A stretch of 64,000 nt of DNA from Cyanobacteria bacterium P01_F01_bin.150 (GCA_039189765.1 JBCCYL010000005.1:32001-96000); one strand, 5' to 3'. Positions 11,201-20,908 are shown, counted from the stretch's first letter. The notes: a model not told the origin generated them from the letters alone. A program made the numbers and translations.

Positions 11201-12726
11201 TTATCAGTTCCGTGGATGCCCGTGGAGTGGGGAACGGTGGCCTTATTCAGGTGGCAACCAATCAGCTAGACGTCCTCAATGGTGCCCAGTTGGTCGTCAG
11301 TACAACGGGCCAGGGGGATGCCGGACAAATTTTCTTAGATGTGGGCGATCGCGCCGTGTTTTCTGGCACCCATGAAGGCTCTAATGGGGAAGCCCAGTTT
11401 ATTAGCGGGGCCAGCAGTTTGGTTAATCGACGGGGTGAAGGGGCCGGGGGGCCGATTGTGATTAATACAGGGATTTTAGACATCCTCGATGGCGCACGCA
11501 TCAGGGCCAGCACGGCTGGAACAGGAGATGCAGGCCCCATAACGATTCAGGCGGATGAACGGGTAACGTTAAGGGGCAACGGTCCTGATAATTCATTTAG
11601 TCGAATGTCCAGCTCCGTCGGTCGGTCAGGGAATGGCCAAGGGGGGCCGATTCAGATTCAAACCGATGAGTTGGCGGTTCTAGATGGGGCAAGACTATCC
11701 GTTAGCACCCGAGGCAATGGTCGAGGCGGCACCATTAACGCCCAGGTGAGCGATCGCATTACCCTTGATAACGGCACCATTGAAGCCCGCAGCGGTCGTG
11801 ATCAGCGAGCTGGAGATATTGATTTAAGTGCGGACTGGTTTGTGCTGGACAATCAATCGAATATTTTAACCCAGACGCTTTCTGCAAATGGGGGAAATGT
11901 AACCCTAAATGTGGGGAGCTTTTTGCTGTTGCGCGATAACAGTCTGATCTCTACGGAGGCAGGAATTGCGGGGGAGCTTGAAGGCGGGGCATCAGCCGAT
12001 AGTTTTACGGTGACAGGGCGGCAGCAGGCGAATCCAGGAGCGATCGCCCCCGACTCATCCTTCACTCGCAGGACATCCAGGGCGAACAGACAAACAGCCG
12101 CCAGAGGAAACGGGGGCAATATCACCATTAATGCCCGTGATGGGTTTATTGTGACGCTACTGGATGAAAATAGCGAAATTATTGCCAATGCCTTTGAAGG
12201 GAACGGAGGCAATATTAACATTACCGCTATTCGACTGTTTGGCACGGTGAAGAGAGATAGCCCCTCTCCTGAACTACGGGCCAATCGCACCAACGACATT
12301 AGCGCCAGCTCTCGTTTTGCATCTGATGGCATTATCGCAATCCAAAATCTAAATGCGGACCCGATTCAAGGCGCAGTTGCTTTGCCCACTGATACTGCTG
12401 CCCCTCCGTTGAGCCAAGGCTGTGAACCCGGCATTGACGGACGCGGTCGGTTTACTAATACCGAACGAGGGGGGATCCCGTCCAATCCTCTGGGCCCATT
12501 GGAAAGTGCTCGTGGGTGGGAGGATATTTATCCAATCCCGTCGGCCCCGTCGGCCTATGATACAGCGGTGGAGGAACAGGGCGATCGCCCCTCTGAACCC
12601 TCTATTTCACAAGAGATTGCAGAAGGGATTACAGAAGCAGAAGGATGGCAGCGGAACCAACAGGGGCAGGTGGTTCTTGTTCAGACTACCCCCACTAGCC
12701 ATCCAATATTCAATTGTCAGAGCTAG
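8227..12726 (+). CDS. TpsA / filamentous haemagglutinin N-terminal domain exoprotein (likely start ATG 8227; ORF open from 8206)
   Basis: AQITPDPTLG, NLFHSFDAF, NLFLINPNGI; repeated G.AG.I.I...L.V.DGA.L units; cyanobacterial C-terminal ANAF.G.GGNI.I and EAEGW motifs. Confidence 0.95.
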   Translation: MSNLKSAYLTPIVETVTSIGLSCLGISIGALGLGVPAAIAQITPDPTLGPESSTVTNQRNQGRTVIQGGAERGPNLFHSFDAFNVPENRSVFFFTDNAQVENILTRVTGNTASELLGTLGTFGGNEPNLFLINPNGITVGENAQLNVGGSFFATTAEGIQFGTQGVFSAQNPAIPSNLLTIDPSAFLFEQLSPDPRPFINLSSRWQVPNGQTLLLLGGDVLLDGAQLRAAGGRVEIGAIADPAVIPFTVSEGISIPDGVKQGPVTIGNDSTIDVAFTNGGSINMHAATISLTNSGLNAGLMGPGEPNNRAGNIQLAATEQIQITNSQVVNDVSRNSNGTSGDITLNAHHIDITDLSILNTNLFGTGTAGNIQITASEATIQNSRLASAVGPNATGTGGTIALTTNQLEIVDGAQLLASTRGQGNAGLVDLRADGPITIQASAISSEVDVGANGNAGGIQITAQNLTVVDGGQLLANTTGEGDAGNILITISNGVAFDGTSADGQAPSGATIAVSGRGQGAGGLLRIEASTLDVRNGAQFNARTRGDSTTTLSTGELITNPGRVEIEVSDRVTFAGVSADENFSSGIISSLEGRGQGTGGPITIITPILEVLDGAGLISSTSGDGDAGKLEIRASDRVTLADRRTGGRFLSRMSSSVNPQGNGNGGVIDIQTERLEVFNGGRLVAGTLGNGNAGNVTIAPLMPPPDTPDDAQFEVIFSGVSGDGQFPSGIFSTVEAGAVGRGGDITIETESLSVLDGAQLRSNTAGMGRAGNITLQGEQITFTDRRPTSSGLSGAASAVERTGQGRGGKIEIQANVLEVLGGSQLVAGTRGDGRAGNIQIMASDRVTFQGTSQDGETISAALSDVDATGMGHGGNIIVETPTLDLLDGARLVSTTRGEGDAGNIRINAPNRVTLIDTRDQGRFLSGVSSAVVGRGVGNGGQITLETGILEMRDGSQLLAGTGANGNAGRIKIEAGDRVILEGISRDGQDATAIISSVDARGVGNGGLIQVATNQLDVLNGAQLVVSTTGQGDAGQIFLDVGDRAVFSGTHEGSNGEAQFISGASSLVNRRGEGAGGPIVINTGILDILDGARIRASTAGTGDAGPITIQADERVTLRGNGPDNSFSRMSSSVGRSGNGQGGPIQIQTDELAVLDGARLSVSTRGNGRGGTINAQVSDRITLDNGTIEARSGRDQRAGDIDLSADWFVLDNQSNILTQTLSANGGNVTLNVGSFLLLRDNSLISTEAGIAGELEGGASADSFTVTGRQQANPGAIAPDSSFTRRTSRANRQTAARGNGGNITINARDGFIVTLLDENSEIIANAFEGNGGNINITAIRLFGTVKRDSPSPELRANRTNDISASSRFASDGIIAIQNLNADPIQGAVALPTDTAAPPLSQGCEPGIDGRGRFTNTERGGIPSNPLGPLESARGWEDIYPIPSAPSAYDTAVEEQGDRPSEPSISQEIAEGITEAEGWQRNQQGQVVLVQTTPTSHPIFNCQS

Positions 12727-12743
12727 AAGCGGGAGATCCCTAA

Positions 12744-15700
12744 ATGAAACATGGTCTAGGAAAGCATACCTCTGGTTCCCAGCCGCCTCTTCCCTCTAGT
12801 TCCCAGCCGGAGACTGGGAACCGCCTCTGGAGACTCTGGCTCCAGTACCATCCAGAGCCAGAGTCTCTAGATGGCATTCCCAGCGAGACGCTGGGCACGA
12901 GGAGTTCAAGAAGCACGCGAAGAAAGGGCAGAGCACTCGCACGATGGATGCTGTTCGGATTATGGTTTATCCTCGGCTGGATTCTGGTCATCGTTTTAGC
13001 AGGGCGATCGCCCCTCCTCCATGCCCTCCCTACCCCTGATCACCCTTCAGCCTCTGTCCCTTCTTCAGAGATCGCCTCAAATTCCCCCCAAGCGTCTTTC
13101 AATCAAGGGATACAAGCCTTTCAATCGGAACGCTTTGCCGAGGCGATCGCCCACTGGCACCAAGCGTTAGTCCCCACCTCTGTCCCCCATGCTCCCCTCC
13201 ACCACGCGTTAATTCTCAACAACCTATCCTTAGCCCATCAACACTTGGGGCAATGGTCAAATGCGGAAACAACATTGACCCAAAGTCTTGAAATCCTCGA
13301 ACAAGAATTAGAAACCTTTGATGAGGCGGAAGCGTCTTCTGGCCCAGCGTCTGCTGATCAAAAAAGCTGGAACTACTATGGCAAAGCCTTAAACACTCAC
13401 GGGTGGTTTTACTGGCGACAGGGACAGCCAGAGCAAGCATTGGAAGCATGGCAACAGGCGACATCTGCCTATAAAACCGCTCAGTTTGTTTCTGGCATAT
13501 TGGGCAGTCAAATTAATCAGGCGAGGGCATTGCAATCCCTTGGTCTTAGTGTCGCGGCCAAGGAAACCCTAGAGCACGTCCAGCAGCAGATGGACGGCCA
13601 GCCCGACTCTGCCGCTAAGGCGATCGCCCTGCAATCCCTGGGGAATGCCCTACGGCGGGTGGGGGCGCTGGCAGAATCCCGCGATCGGTTAATCCAGAGC
13701 TTGGCCATCAGCGATCGGCAAAGCCACGCCAATGCTCAACTCCAACCCCAAGCCCAACCCCAAATACCTCCCACCACTGCTTCAGCCCAGCCGCAGAGTT
13801 CCGGCCTCCAAAGTGCCATTTATTTAGATTTGGGCAATACCGAACAGGCCCTATGGGAACGAGCTGTCGCGCTTAACCTTGAGGATGACATAGACACTCA
13901 TCAGCAGTTGGCCCTGGCTTACTACCAGCAGGCAGAAGCCCTGGCTCCGTCAATATTACCCCGTGCCCAAGCCTTGGCCAATCGTCTCAGCTTCACGGTA
14001 GCGATGCAAGGAGCGATCGCCGATGCTAATACCCGTGGCTCTCGTTCCAGGGCTTCGGCAACGGGGCCAACGTGGGACGATCTACAAGGGCTATGGCACC
14101 CCCTTGCAGGACTGTTTGACGAGCTGCCATTGGGGCGGGCGGGGCTTGAGATTAAACTCCACAGTGTCCATAGTCTGCTTACGGCTCAGGCTCGTCTTAT
14201 CCCAGTTCAGGACCTGCCGGACACGCTTCAGTCTGACCTCGAACAGATCCTTATGCAAGTCCTTGAACAGTCTCGTCAACTCCAAGATGGGCGGACGGCA
14301 TCCTTGGCCATGGGGCAGTTAGGACGGCTGTATGAACACTCCCAACGGTGGGATAACGCGCATCAGGCAACCCTGGAGGCCATTACCTTTGCTGAACCGA
14401 TTCAAGCCGAGGATCTGCGCTATCGGTGGGAATGGCAAATGGGCCGAATTCTAATGGCTCAGGGTCGGCAGCAGGCGGCGATTCAATCGTTGGAAGAGGC
14501 CGTAAAAACCCTGGCAGAGGTTCGTCAGGATTTGTTGTATATCGACGCGGATGCCCAGTTCTCCTTTCGGGACGATGTGGAACCGCTGTACCGTCAGCTA
14601 ATTGACGTACTGCTCAGGGATTTGGATGCTCCCCAGCAAAATCTCCGTCGGGCCACTGAACTGGTGGATGCATTGCAGCTTGCAGAATTGGAGAACTACT
14701 TGGGCTGCAATATCGACCCGTTGCAGCTAACGGACAACGTTATTGATCCTAATGCGGCGATTGTATATCCGATTATTTTGGACAATCCATCGTCCGAACA
14801 GGCAGGCCAGCGCCTGGAAGTAATTTTACAGATCCCAGACCAGCCACTCCATCGTTCCCAGGTGGAGATGTCTCAAGACAATATTGAGGCATTAATCACC
14901 CAGTTATCTCGCACGCTCCCCAATCGTATTCGCTGGCGCACTGCCCAACAGGCTGCGGGGCAACTCTACGACATGTTGATCCGACCGTTTGATGCCATTC
15001 TCGCCGACACGGCGGATCAGCAGATCACGACCTTAGTGTTTGTGGCCGATGGTAGTCTTCGAAAGGTTCCTATGAGTGTGTTGTGGGACCGGGAGCAAGA
15101 CCAATATTTGCTGGAACGGTATGCAATCGCCACAGCTCCCAGTTTGCAGGTGGTAGCCCCTCACCCTCTATCCTATCCGCTGAAGGTACTGATGGCTGGG
15201 GCGTCGGAGTCGATGATTCATCCTTTTTCTGACCAGCCTTTTACCCCACTGCCAAATGTCAAGACGGAGTTGGACACGATTCAATCCTTACAACAGTCTG
15301 GGGTATTGCAAACGGATCTATTGTTCAATGAGGCGTTTAATCAGAGCAATATTAAGCAAAAACTTCAACAGCAAAGTTTTTCCATTGTTCATTTGGCAAC
15401 TCATGGGGAATTTAGCTCAGACTTGGATCGAACGTTTATTGCATCGAGCGATCGCCCTATTTTTGCCGAAGATTTGGATCAGCTCTTACGCTCCCAGGAT
15501 CCGGGAGATGACTCGATAGAACTACTAGTATTAAGCGCCTGTGAAACGGCCACAGGGGATAACAGGGCAACGCTGGGACTGGCAGGACTCACTGTACGGG
15601 CCGGAGTCAGAAGTACGTTAGCCACCCTATGGTCGGTAGATGATGAGGCCACTGCTGTGGTCATGGAGGAATTTTATCGCCAGTTGGTTAACCACCCACA

Positions 15701-15827
15701 GTACAGTCGAGCCGAAGCTCTGCGCCAAGCTCAACTCACGTTCTGGGAAAGAGGTGCGCAACAAGGACGAGATTGGAAACGACCTTACTTTTGGTCGCCT
15801 TTTGTGTTGGTCGGAAACTGGCTCTAG
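12744..15827 (+). CDS. TPR + CHAT domain protease with signal/TM segment
   Basis: YRWEWQMGR, QFSFRDDVEPLYRQ, IVHLATHGEFS, LLVLSACETA, PYFWSPFVLVGNWL. Confidence 0.95.
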   Translation: MKHGLGKHTSGSQPPLPSSSQPETGNRLWRLWLQYHPEPESLDGIPSETLGTRSSRSTRRKGRALARWMLFGLWFILGWILVIVLAGRSPLLHALPTPDHPSASVPSSEIASNSPQASFNQGIQAFQSERFAEAIAHWHQALVPTSVPHAPLHHALILNNLSLAHQHLGQWSNAETTLTQSLEILEQELETFDEAEASSGPASADQKSWNYYGKALNTHGWFYWRQGQPEQALEAWQQATSAYKTAQFVSGILGSQINQARALQSLGLSVAAKETLEHVQQQMDGQPDSAAKAIALQSLGNALRRVGALAESRDRLIQSLAISDRQSHANAQLQPQAQPQIPPTTASAQPQSSGLQSAIYLDLGNTEQALWERAVALNLEDDIDTHQQLALAYYQQAEALAPSILPRAQALANRLSFTVAMQGAIADANTRGSRSRASATGPTWDDLQGLWHPLAGLFDELPLGRAGLEIKLHSVHSLLTAQARLIPVQDLPDTLQSDLEQILMQVLEQSRQLQDGRTASLAMGQLGRLYEHSQRWDNAHQATLEAITFAEPIQAEDLRYRWEWQMGRILMAQGRQQAAIQSLEEAVKTLAEVRQDLLYIDADAQFSFRDDVEPLYRQLIDVLLRDLDAPQQNLRRATELVDALQLAELENYLGCNIDPLQLTDNVIDPNAAIVYPIILDNPSSEQAGQRLEVILQIPDQPLHRSQVEMSQDNIEALITQLSRTLPNRIRWRTAQQAAGQLYDMLIRPFDAILADTADQQITTLVFVADGSLRKVPMSVLWDREQDQYLLERYAIATAPSLQVVAPHPLSYPLKVLMAGASESMIHPFSDQPFTPLPNVKTELDTIQSLQQSGVLQTDLLFNEAFNQSNIKQKLQQQSFSIVHLATHGEFSSDLDRTFIASSDRPIFAEDLDQLLRSQDPGDDSIELLVLSACETATGDNRATLGLAGLTVRAGVRSTLATLWSVDDEATAVVMEEFYRQLVNHPQYSRAEALRQAQLTFWERGAQQGRDWKRPYFWSPFVLVGNWL
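12793..12900. repeat. 108-bp palindromic REP/MITE-like element, copy 1 (in frame within CDS)
   Basis: Three hairpins (GTTCCCAG..CTGGGAAC; GAGACTCTGGCTC..GAGCCAGAGTCTC; CCCAGC..GCTGGG); about 12 mismatches to 43767-43874 by manual count; partial duplicate at 12769-12785. Confidence 0.9.
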
Positions 15828-15879
15828 AAGGAGAGTAAAAAACTTGAACCTGGCAGAACCGGTTAGGAGCTGTTCGTAT

Positions 15880-17712
15880 CTATGCCGTCAGACGAACAGG
15901 CAATTTAATCATAAATGTAGCCCCTTGTCCTGGCGACGACTGGCAACTCAAGCACCCTTTATGCTTCTCAGTTACAATTTGGTAACTCATTGAAAGGCCC
16001 ATGCCGGTTCCTTTTCCAACGGCTTTGGTTGTAAAGAATGGATCAAATATACGAGGGTAAATTTCATGAGCAATGCCAGGACCATTATCTGCAATATGAA
16101 TCGCAACCCACTCCGAATCGAGTAACTTGGTGGTAACAGTAATCGTAGGGACAGATCGATCAAGTTTCCTTTCTAAAGAATCAATAGCATTACTCAAAAT
16201 ATTCATGAACACCTGATTTAGCTGGCCCGCATAACACTCAACAGGAGCAAGGTTTCCATAGTGGCGGATGACCTTAATCTCTGGGGAGGTAGATGTTTTC
16301 TTGAGACGATTATTCAGAATAACTAGAGTGCTATCGATCCCTTCATGGAGATCAACCTGTTTAACTGTCGCTTCGTCTAATCGTGAGAACGTTCGAAGCG
16401 ATTGAACAATATCACTGATTCGTATTGTTCCAGTCTGCATAGATTGAATCAGTTTTGGAAAATCGTCCTGTATAAAGGGAAGATCAATATCCTTGATTGT
16501 TTCTTGAATCTCCGCAGTCGGTTGTGGATAACTACTTTGATAGAGACTGAGTAATCGAATTATGTCTTCTGTGTAGGCCAGGGCATGTGCCAAATTGCCA
16601 TGAATAAAGCTAACAGGGTTATTGATTTCATGGGCAATCCCCGCTACCATTTGTCCCAGGCTAGACATCTTTTCGTTTTGAACCAATTGTAGCTGAGCAT
16701 GCTGTAGATCAATCAGTGTCTGCTGTAAAGCATCAGCTTTTTGACGTAGAGATGCCTCAGACTCTTGCAGAGCTACAGTTCTTTCTTCAACTCGTTGCTC
16801 TAAGTTTTGTCGGGCGTCATTTAACTCAGCAGTATACTGCCCTGTCCAACGCACCAGTTGGTTTAATGCCTCCGCTAAAAGAGCGACTTCATCCTGAGTA
16901 TTAATATCAGCCTGAAGCTGAAAGTTGCTATCTTGGGTCACACATCGAGCAATGGTGGTGAGCTGTTCAATGGGCTTGGCAATTGCCCGACTGGTGAGTA
17001 GAACTAAGATAACGGCTAACCCAACGGAGATCGCCATGCTTAGTACGATGATAATTATTCTAAGTTGTTCAGCTTGCTCAAGCTGAGTCGTTGCCAGGTC
17101 ATATCGTTGGTCCGCAGTGTGTTGCAGGCGCGTTAACTTTTCAAATAGCTTTTCAAACTGGGTAGACAGTTGATTTGCATCATTACTAATGAGGGCGGCC
17201 GAAGTTAGTTCTTGAGCGACTTGCTTTTCCTTAACTCCCTCCAGTTGCGCCCAAAGATCCTGAATAAACTGCCGATAAACTGCAATGGTGTTTTTTGAGT
17301 CATTTAATAATACAGTGAATTCAGGAGATGCCTGACGATCTGATGCGATAAATTGCTCAATCTCGTTAAGTAACTGTTCAATCAATCTCAAATCAGAATT
17401 GTATTGACTGATTTCGTATTGAACCCAAATACTGCTTTCACCGACAATTGCAAACATTCTTAAAGGATGCTTTTCAAGCTTTAAAAGCTGATTTTCAAAA
17501 TCATTCAGTAGTTGTTTCTTGTGCAATACCTGCTGTGATTGAATGCGTGCCAGACGGGCATAATAGATGCCACCTATCAGCCCACTGCTAGTGCCAATAA
17601 CCGCAGTTCCCAAGGCCAGAATATAGCCAACACTGATTTTTTTTGCAATACTTCGATGTACTCCCAGTTGAGTACTCAACCAGTGGGTTAATTGGGAAAG
17701 AGATTTGGACAT
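15880..17712 (-). CDS. Membrane sensor histidine kinase (2 TM, HAMP, HisKA, HATPase)
   Basis: H-box EKMSSLGQMVAGIAHEINNP; NQVFMNILSNAID; DNGPG; FDPFFTTK; GTGMGLS. Confidence 0.95.
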   Translation of the reverse strand: MSKSLSQLTHWLSTQLGVHRSIAKKISVGYILALGTAVIGTSSGLIGGIYYARLARIQSQQVLHKKQLLNDFENQLLKLEKHPLRMFAIVGESSIWVQYEISQYNSDLRLIEQLLNEIEQFIASDRQASPEFTVLLNDSKNTIAVYRQFIQDLWAQLEGVKEKQVAQELTSAALISNDANQLSTQFEKLFEKLTRLQHTADQRYDLATTQLEQAEQLRIIIIVLSMAISVGLAVILVLLTSRAIAKPIEQLTTIARCVTQDSNFQLQADINTQDEVALLAEALNQLVRWTGQYTAELNDARQNLEQRVEERTVALQESEASLRQKADALQQTLIDLQHAQLQLVQNEKMSSLGQMVAGIAHEINNPVSFIHGNLAHALAYTEDIIRLLSLYQSSYPQPTAEIQETIKDIDLPFIQDDFPKLIQSMQTGTIRISDIVQSLRTFSRLDEATVKQVDLHEGIDSTLVILNNRLKKTSTSPEIKVIRHYGNLAPVECYAGQLNQVFMNILSNAIDSLERKLDRSVPTITVTTKLLDSEWVAIHIADNGPGIAHEIYPRIFDPFFTTKAVGKGTGMGLSMSYQIVTEKHKGCLSCQSSPGQGATFMIKLPVRLTA

Positions 17713-17741
17713 TAATGAGAATACCCCATTAGCTTGGCGTG

Positions 17742-18632
17742 TTATTCGATGGCAGAGCCCTGGCCGATAGCGTAATAGCTATCGCGCAACATCTGATAAT
17801 CAGAGTCTTCAACCTCTATCAGGTCTGATTCTTTAAATTTTTGATTGGCCCCAGACTCATACAACGCAGGTATTAATATATCTTGATTGGCAATCAACTT
17901 CGATTTCAATTCTGCCAAAAAAAACTCGCCCAAATTTGGGTTCGCAACAAAGATATCCGGTGGTAAGTGTTCTCCTTCAGCTACGATTTTTACGTCGTCT
18001 TTTAGTCCTCGTTGCGTCAATATTTTTTGGTATCGCGTATGGGACGTTACCCAAGCATCTACCTGTCCGCTTAACATCGCGTCCACACCATCTGCACCTA
18101 GCATTATCCCCTCATAAGCATCCGGCTTTAGACCTGCATCAAGTAACATCTTTGTTGGTACGATATGGCCTGCGGTAGCCCCTTCAGCCCACATAGCAAT
18201 TTTCTTCTCTTTCAAGTCTGTCAATGTTTCAATACCGCTATCAGCAAGAGTCACAAAAACTGAGTAATAATCTGAGCGAGTCACCCCTGCAATTGGCACC
18301 GCATTCGCTCTAGCTTTGAGTAAAAGATACTCAGATGGTCCAGCCATGGCAAAATCAAGCTCATTGGCGAGAAGGGCGGGAACTGCATCCACAAAGTTTT
18401 CTACTGGAAAAAATTCAATCGGAAGATCCAATACCGTCTCTAAAGCCTGACGAAAGGGACCAAAATCCTGCTCTAATTCATCTGCACCACTAATGTCGGT
18501 AACGGCAAATCGTAGCCAGTTTGGTCTATTTCCCTGAGATACAGAAGTAGAAACCGATGAAGTTGTCTGGGCTGCAGTACACCCACCCAAAAACAGCAGG
18601 CCATAACTTAAAAAAGCACGACGATTTAGCAT
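17742..18632 (-). CDS. Phosphate/phosphite/phosphonate ABC-type substrate-binding lipoprotein (PhnD-like)
   Basis: MLNRRAFL...LGGC signal/lipobox; DFAMAGPSEY; SGIETLTDLKEKKIAM...G.TAGH..P. Confidence 0.85.
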   Translation of the reverse strand: MLNRRAFLSYGLLFLGGCTAAQTTSSVSTSVSQGNRPNWLRFAVTDISGADELEQDFGPFRQALETVLDLPIEFFPVENFVDAVPALLANELDFAMAGPSEYLLLKARANAVPIAGVTRSDYYSVFVTLADSGIETLTDLKEKKIAMWAEGATAGHIVPTKMLLDAGLKPDAYEGIMLGADGVDAMLSGQVDAWVTSHTRYQKILTQRGLKDDVKIVAEGEHLPPDIFVANPNLGEFFLAELKSKLIANQDILIPALYESGANQKFKESDLIEVEDSDYQMLRDSYYAIGQGSAIE

Positions 18633-18846
18633 GAGTATTCCAAGAGTATATAGAGCGAGATATGACTTTTTGGCATGAGTGTACTGTTAGCGCATTTAGA
18701 ATTGCAATGTGAAACTTCAGAAAATCCTTATTACCTTGAGCTTAGCGTTCCCTTTTTTGATAGCGTTTACACGTTGTTTTTAGACTATTTTGTAAAAGTA
18801 TATTCATCGTAGATATTGGCTTAAAACTGAAGCCGGGAAGAATTTA

Positions 18847-18883
18847 ACGGGATACTGGGGGGCGGAGCGCCCCAGTATCCCGT
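18847..18883. terminator. Strong hairpin just downstream of the response regulator
   Basis: ACGGGATACTGGGGG..CCCCCAGTATCCCGT. Confidence 0.6.
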
Positions 18884-18898
18884 CTTAAAATAACAAGC

Positions 18899-19546
18899 CT
18901 AGATATTGAAGGTGTAGGGCCAAAACCGACTGGCATACACTGCTGCTTGGGTGCGATCGCGCAATTGCAACCGGCTCAGAATACTGGTGATATGATTCCG
19001 CACCGTCCGCTCAGAAATAAAGAGGGTTTCGCCAATTTCGCGGTTGTTGAGTCCGGCTACGATTAGCTTGAGGACTTCCTGTTCTCGGGGAGAGAGCGAT
19101 CGCAAGTTTTCCGGCAGCGCTATTTCCTGGGAATGGGTCGATGATTCTGGTGTTTGAGCCGTCCCTAATGTTTTTTCAAACAGCCCCGGCCCCATATGGG
19201 TATAGCCTTGATAAACGGCTCGAATGGCCGTCACTAATTCTTCAATAGGCGTTTGCTTGAGTAAATACCCCTTAGCGCCCCACCTCATCGCTTGCTGCAC
19301 GTATTCGGTATCGTCAAAGGTGGTCAACACCAGGATTTTCACCTCTGGGAAGTCCGCACAGATTTGCTTGGTTGCGGCCACCCCATCCACCACGGGCATT
19401 CGCACATCCATCAGAATCACGTCCGGTTGCTTAGAGATTCTGTAAAGCGTTGAGACCCGATCGATAGCCTGCTGACCATTAGCAGCATCGCCCACCACCT
19501 ATAAATCCGGTTGACTTTCCAGCAGGTTGGCCAAGCCCTTTGCCAA
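18899..19546 (-). pseudogene. NarL/LuxR-family response regulator, disrupted
   Basis: REC + LuxR HTH (LSPREQEVLKLI..GLNNREI...VRNHITSIL); upstream frame reads LAKGLANLLESQPDL*VVGD with TAG at 19499-19501; the N-terminal ..VDD segment is absent. Confidence 0.85.
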
Positions 19547-19548
19547 TA

Positions 19549-20769
19549 CTACTCCAGAGGGCAGGGCAGGGGTAGCGTCACCTGAATGCGACAGCCAGTC
19601 CCTGGTGAACTTTGAATTTGGCAGGTTCCCCCCAGGGCGATCGCCCGCTCTCTCATCCCCCGTAAGCCAAATCCTGTGGTGTTTTTACTGAGTTCAAACC
19701 CCTGGCCATTGTCCTCCACCTCCACCTGAAGCCTGGGCACTTGATGGGATGGATGAGGGGACGATTTAGCCAATACCGTGACCGACAGTTCAGTGGCTTG
19801 GCTGTGTTTTACCACATTGGTCAGGGCTTCTTGCACAATCCGGTAAGTGGCTAGACTAAGGTCATCGGATAGGGCCGTGGGGATATAAATGTCACAGGTT
19901 GGCGTGATGGCAGACGATTGGCAGATTTTATTGACTAAGTCAGGAATGCTAGTCTGCAAGGGTTTATCGGTTTGAGGAGAGTCGCGCAGAGCGGTGACGG
20001 CGCGTGAAACCTCTTTGAGGGCCTGATAGGACGAGTCTTTGGCTTTAAGGAGATAGGATTTTGCCTGCTCTGGATCGGGGGCCCAAAACAGCAGGACGTT
20101 TTCCAGCAAAATCGTTTGCGCTGTAAGGGAATGGCCCAGGGAGTCATGGATTTCGCGGGCGATGCGATTGCGTTCCTGGAGGGCCGCTTGGCCTTCCACC
20201 TGGAGTGCATATTGCTGTAGCTGGGTGTGGGCGATCGCCAGTTTTTGTTGACTTCTATGGACGCTGAGCAGGGCATCCACTAGGAGGAAAACAAACAGCA
20301 ACGCCAAGCTAAACAGAATAATAGCGTTGGTCTGAAAGACATTCATCTGCCAGGCTTCAGGGCTAGGGAGAATCCGAGAGATATTCTGGCGGATGGCCGT
20401 TTGCCCCAGGGTTAGGGAGACAAACAAATGTAGACCAAAGGTAATGCCAGCGATCACGAGTCGCCCTTGGGTTTGAAAGAGTTGGCAGCTCCGGATCATA
20501 ATGACAAGGCCCAGGAGCGGAATTATTCGCAGCATCAATGGATTATCCAGGCAACGCAGCACTAAAAGGCCGAAGAGGACTAGCTTGATCGCGGTGTAGA
20601 ACATCTTGGTTCGCAGTTGCCTCAGGGGCAGATATAAGCCCATGACTCCAATCAATCCAAACAAGAGCAGTTCTGGCCAAAGGAGCTGAAAGCCTGGATG
20701 GAGAACCATTGCGGTAATGCTCACCAGGATGCCCATGCTGAGTAAGATCCATTGGCAGTTTCCAGCCAA
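19549..20769 (-). CDS. HisKA_3 (NarX/DesK-type) membrane sensor kinase; true start uncertain (TTG 20769 or ATG near 20736)
   Basis: ERNRIAREIHDSLGHSLT; YRIVQEALTNVVKH; DNGQGF; GFGLRGMRERA; multiple TM helices; ORF extension to 21024 is repeat-derived. Confidence 0.85.
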   Translation of the reverse strand: MAGNCQWILLSMGILVSITAMVLHPGFQLLWPELLLFGLIGVMGLYLPLRQLRTKMFYTAIKLVLFGLLVLRCLDNPLMLRIIPLLGLVIMIRSCQLFQTQGRLVIAGITFGLHLFVSLTLGQTAIRQNISRILPSPEAWQMNVFQTNAIILFSLALLFVFLLVDALLSVHRSQQKLAIAHTQLQQYALQVEGQAALQERNRIAREIHDSLGHSLTAQTILLENVLLFWAPDPEQAKSYLLKAKDSSYQALKEVSRAVTALRDSPQTDKPLQTSIPDLVNKICQSSAITPTCDIYIPTALSDDLSLATYRIVQEALTNVVKHSQATELSVTVLAKSSPHPSHQVPRLQVEVEDNGQGFELSKNTTGFGLRGMRERAIALGGTCQIQSSPGTGCRIQVTLPLPCPLE

Positions 20770-20785
20770 AGACTGGGAACTAGAG
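20758..20785. repeat. Single-hairpin partial copy of the 108-bp element
   Basis: GTTTCCAGCCAAAGACTGGGAAC vs GTTCCCAGCCGGAGACTGGGAAC. Confidence 0.65.
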
Positions 20786-20842
20786 ATGGGAAGTGATACG
20801 TGCGATTTCTGCCTAGAAAACGCGATCGCCCCCCACTTTTGT

Positions 20843-20884
20843 TTCTGCCTTCTGCCTTCTGCCTTCTGCCTTCTGCCTTCTGCC
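20843..20884. repeat. Heptamer tandem repeat (TTCTGCC)x6, STRR-like
   Basis: Six perfect copies. Confidence 0.9.
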
Positions 20885-20908
20885 TTTATTCCGGGTAACG
20901 CAGCGAAA

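Noticed and set aside
17742..18632. Complete phosphonate uptake operon or phnD gene symbol
   Set aside because: No phnC/phnE nearby, no clear Pho box seen, and the ligand is undetermined
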